Shown: piece after piece, positions 61,100 to 64,000 of the stretch
Position numbering within the stretch: the stretch's first letter is position 1
Layout of the letters: every line of letters begins with the position of its first letter
From: Lama glama
Taxonomy: Eukaryota
Length of the DNA stretch: 64,000 nt
Direction of reading: 5' to 3'
NCBI GenBank assembly: GCA_028534125.1
Contig: CM052818.1
Span: 39,494,001 to 39,558,000 of the forward strand
Notes under the pieces: generated by a model
Told to the model about the DNA's origin: nothing
Database searches by the model: none
What the model saw: only the letters and a program-made list of their open reading frames with translations
Position numbers and translations under genes: made by a program

Positions 61100-61546
61100 T
61101 GTATTAGCTTCTTATGACTGCCGTAACAAGTAGCACATTTGCGTGGCTTAGACAACAGAATTTATTATCTTATAGTTCTGGAGGCCAGACAGCTAAGATC
61201 AAGTGTCTGCAGGGTTGGTTCCTTTTGCGGGCTGTAGGGGAGAAACTGTGCCATGCCCCTCTCCCAGCTCCTGGTGGTCTTAGATGGACTTTGAGTTGTA
61301 GAAGGTGGTCTCCCTGTGCCTTTGCATCCTCTTCTTTCTGTATGTGTCTGTCTGTGTTCAAATTTCCCCTTTTTATAAGGCCATCAGACATGTTGGATTC
61401 AGTCCCACCTCATTCCAGTATGACTTCATCTTAATTTAACTAATTATATCTGCAGCAGCCTTATTTCCAAATAAGGTCACGTTCTGAGGTGCTGGGAGTT
61501 AGTGCTTTAACAGAAATTTCAGGGGACACAGTTCAACCCATACCAC
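61100..61546 (-). mobile_element. MaLR solo LTR (MLT1B/C-like)
   Basis: 'tgtattagc...ggcttagacaacagaatttattatcttatagttctggaggccaga...ttatttccaaataaggtcac...ggacacagttcaacccata'. Confidence 0.9.
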
Positions 61547-62899
61547 TTATCAAAACAGATATTCAGAGATAAAACAACTAAGAATTTCAGAACGGTAACT
61601 TCCCAGCATTAACTCCTATGCATGGGCTCCCCTTCAGATCTCAGGGCTCCGTGGGGCTGACAGAGCATTTGCCCTGCTTGCCCAGCGTGAACCACATGGC
61701 AGAAGATGGGACTCTTTGAATTTAAATCCTTGGAGAGATGACTGTACCCCCTGACTCCTGGGTGTATATACTATAGAGTTTTAGCTCTGAGCCTGGAGTT
61801 GGCACTCAGGTCCCCAGTGGAAACCCTCTGGCACCATTCAAGACAATTATCAGCAAGCAGTCGGACTCCTGTGCACCCACTGTCCCCTCCTTGACCAGAG
61901 CTTGCTAACAGTTGGCAAAACTGTCTGTACTTCCATGACGGACACCTTTACCCACCCCATCCCTAAACTTCATAAGCCGAGGACTGGGGAGGGAGATGGG
62001 GATGAGATACCTGGGCCAGGGTCATTGTCTTTGTGGGCATTGCAGTGAAATCCTGGCTAGTCTCTCCCAGCAACGCAGAGGGCATCAGCAACCAGTCTGG
62101 GTTAGCAGCAGCTGAAGCCAGAACCCATGGTTGTGAGCCTACAAACATGGGCAGTTAACTCTGTCCTCCTCCCCCAAGCCAGGTCATGGGAAGTGAGGGG
62201 AGGAGTTACCCCAGTGCCACACTAGACTCCTGTCCAGGGTGCAAGAGTAGGAGGAGGAGTGAAGGAGGAATCCATCTCTACTCCGCTATTCTCGAGGCCC
62301 TGAAGCATGGCCCTGGCTGTCCTCGCTGACACAAAAGTGACCTCGTGCACTGAGGGAGCAGCAGAGCAGAGAATGCAAGGAGACCTCTGATGGAAGCTGA
62401 GCGGCCACACACCTGGAAGAGGCATGCTTCATTTAGAGTGATGCTGAGTGTACAGTGCCGAACCTGGTGGTGGACCATGGTCACCAGAACCCCGTGGGAC
62501 AAGAAGAGGAACTTGAATAAAAACAAGCAGAATCCAGGGTGGACCGACAAGGGGCTCGCTCTTTAGCTACACCAGACAGGAGTTTGCATCAGGCACACTG
62601 CTGTAGAAGCCACTATAGGATATAGAAATAGGGCGATATTTCTATATTTGTGTACACATTTCTGCATAAGGTTAAAGTGCTAGCTCCTTCCAGGAATGAA
62701 GGGTGAGGTATTCTCCATGAGTTTTTTTGACATGTCTCCTCCTTCCTATATGGTGATATATAGTAATTTAAGATGGGTATGCGCTGCCTGATTTTTTTCT
62801 GCCTCAGTATACTGAATATTACAAAAGCAGTTGCTAAATTCTGTTCATTTAACTCCTGTAATATCCCTAATACCTGTTTTTATTAACAGATGCTTTAGG

Positions 62900-64000
62900 G
62901 GGCTCTTCCTGCTTCTGACCTCTTCCCGCAATTCTCAGGCCTTCAATGTAAATGACTTTGCTAGAAAGAAAGCATTCTATTGAATTTTACTATTCCCTGG
63001 AACATTTTCTCTAAGACTGTAATTCTTTGTTCTATAAATGTTTGGTAGATCTTGTTTGTAAATCATCTGGGCCTGGTGTGATGGGTTATGTTCTGTGAGT
63101 GTATATGTTAGTATGAGGTATTTAAAATTCAGATTCCATTTATTTATCAGTTTTTTGACAGTTAAAGTTTATTTTGTTCTTGAGTCAATTTTGGCAAGTT
63201 GTGTTTTTCTAGGAACTTGTTAATTTTCTCTGTTATCAGAGTTATTGGTATGAAGGTATTCATTTGAACTTATGCTGCATTTTTTCTTTCCTAATGTTTA
63301 CCTATGCCAGGTGCCTTGATTTTTTTGGGAAACAGTCTTACCAGAAGATTGTTGATTTCACTGGGCTTTTTAAAGAACTAACTACTGGCTTTTTTTTTTT
63401 ATATTTTATTAATTTTTATTTATAATTTTTATTCTTTTCTTTTTTCTACTTTCTTTAGATTCATCCTATCATTTTCTCTTAGTTTTTAACTGAATGGTTA
63501 GTTCATTAACATTCAGCCTTTTCCCTTTTCTCTTAAAGGCATTTTGGCCTCGAAGTTTTCCTATTAAACCAGACTTATCCTCATCTTATCTATGTCTCAC
63601 ATGGTATTTTAGTTGCTTTTTTATCATGCAGTTCTGAAATATTCTAATTTTGCCTTTGACCCCTCAATTAGATACCCATTTCTTAATTCCCAAACCTATG
63701 GGTGTTTCTAGTTATCTTTCTATTGAATTTTTAATTTTATTGTATTGTAGTCTAAGCAGATCAGAGAATGTGACACCAGTACTGTGAAGTATATTGTGGT
63801 TTATTTTATGGCCAAATGTGTGTCTGTTTTCATAAATGTTCCTTGTATGTGTACTTGGAAATAATGTGTATTCTCTAGTCCTTGGATTTAATGTCCTGTA
63901 TTCATCTGTTAGATCAAATTTCTCATGGTATGTCCTTATGGTGGGAAATTTGGCATCATGTAATAAAATTACAAATGCATTTCTCATTATTTCAGAATTT
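62900..64000 (-). mobile_element. Old L1 ORF2 fragment (endonuclease and downstream region)
   Basis: ORF 63712-63987 includes KFDLTDEYRTLNPRTREYTLFPSTH...HTFGHK, the decayed L1 endonuclease motif DLxDIYRTLHPxxxEYTFFSSxH..IDHILGHK. Confidence 0.88.

Noticed and set aside
1-64000. Protein-coding genes from the ORF track
   Set aside because: ORFs are short, overlapping on both strands, often start at non-ATG codons, and show no recognisable domain other than LINE remnants. No chain of exons emerges.
1-64000. Assigning the window to a named developmental locus
   Set aside because: No exon or memorable sequence allows identification; any gene name would be a guess.

Overview
This is mammalian non-coding genomic DNA, most likely camelid (alpaca or camel), judged from two Vic-1-type tRNA-derived SINEs. 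It is not prokaryotic, and it contains five assembly gaps. I cannot support any protein-coding gene: the ORF track is chance ORFs, N-run artefacts and decayed LINE or transposase fragments. Much of the window is interspersed repeat (MIR, L2, L1, MaLR/ERVL LTRs, hAT MITEs, a probable Tigger-type fossil). These were recognised by eye, so boundaries are approximate and subfamily names tentative. The non-repeat sequence holds two things of note. First, several islands are dense in posterior-HOX/CDX and other homeodomain motifs, consistent with the enhancer landscape of an unidentified developmental gene. Second, a CpG-rich promoter-like segment at about 49.1-49.7 kb carries five TGCGCA motifs at about 14-bp period (NRF1-like or metal-response-element-like), followed by a splice donor that also frames a possible 9-nt microexon. 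I could not identify the locus. I see no firm evidence of a new biological system; the regulatory findings are motif-based hypotheses.
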